Positions 38,888-39,035 of a stretch of DNA of 39,035 nt are shown here, in pieces. Positions within the stretch are counted from its first letter, which is position 1; each line of letters opens with the position of its first letter. The position numbers and the translations under genes are program-made. This stretch comes from a virus, in the UHGV virus genome UHGV-0212837; one strand, given 5' to 3'. The notes below the pieces were generated by a model. The model did no database searches. It was not told where the DNA came from and saw only the letters and a list, made by a program, of their open reading frames with translations.

Positions 38888-39035
38888 ATGACAAAACGTC
38901 GTAAGAAATACCAGGAAAAAGAAGAGATTCGACACCCTGATTCACCTGAGGGATTAGTGGTAGCCGCAGCAAATAACAGGGCGTTCGCAGAGCGCCTTGT
39001 TGGTGTTTACAGACTAGCCAAAGCAGGAGTGAAGC
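38888..39035 (+). CDS. Small hypothetical protein between cII and O (P22 orf48-like position), running off the window end
   Basis: ATG 38888; would end at 12-14 (53 aa) if the window is circular. Confidence 0.35.
   Translation, partial: MTKRRKKYQEKEEIRHPDSPEGLVVAAANNRAFAERLVGVYRLAKAGVK

Noticed and set aside
1-39035. Transposase or IS element, rRNA, toxin genes such as stx, or O-antigen conversion genes (gtrABC)
   Set aside because: No ORF showed transposase or GtrABC-like features, and no rRNA-like sequence was seen; the interval after the tailspike holds only intergenic DNA and int.

Overview
The window reads as a complete, circularly permuted genome (39,035 bp) of a temperate mosaic lambdoid phage. 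A Shine-Dalgarno AGGAG at 39025-39029 sits 6 nt before the ATG at position 1, and the ORF starting at 38888 would terminate at 12-14 if the ends were joined. Calls rest on reading the six-frame track and sequence by eye and on recalled lambda/P22 protein sequences; no alignments or searches were run. Modules in order: O-like initiator carrying the ori iterons plus a DnaB-type helicase (P22-type replication); a lambda-type nin region (NinB to NinI); Q, pR'/tR', S, R, Rz/Rz1 (lambda-like); rha, an orf80-like gene and two accessory ORFs; a P22-type late block (small and large terminase, portal, scaffold, coat, gp4, gp10, tail needle, gp14, ejection proteins gp7/gp20/gp16); an orphan mnt on the minus strand; a tailspike with a conserved head-binding N-terminus and an AT-rich divergent receptor-binding domain; a candidate attP and integrase; a minus-strand early-left operon (xis, about 15 small unknown genes, ssb, erf, kil, cIII, N with nutL and pL); and a cI/cro/cII immunity region with a heterologous DNA-binding specificity. 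No CRISPR array, intact tRNA, rRNA or transposase was seen. The best candidates for undescribed biology are a triplet of translationally coupled small basic proteins (32193-32730), an HExxH protein overlapping a Cys-rich peptide (9873-10440), the surrounding accessory genes of the early-left operon, and the orphan Mnt beside the tailspike.
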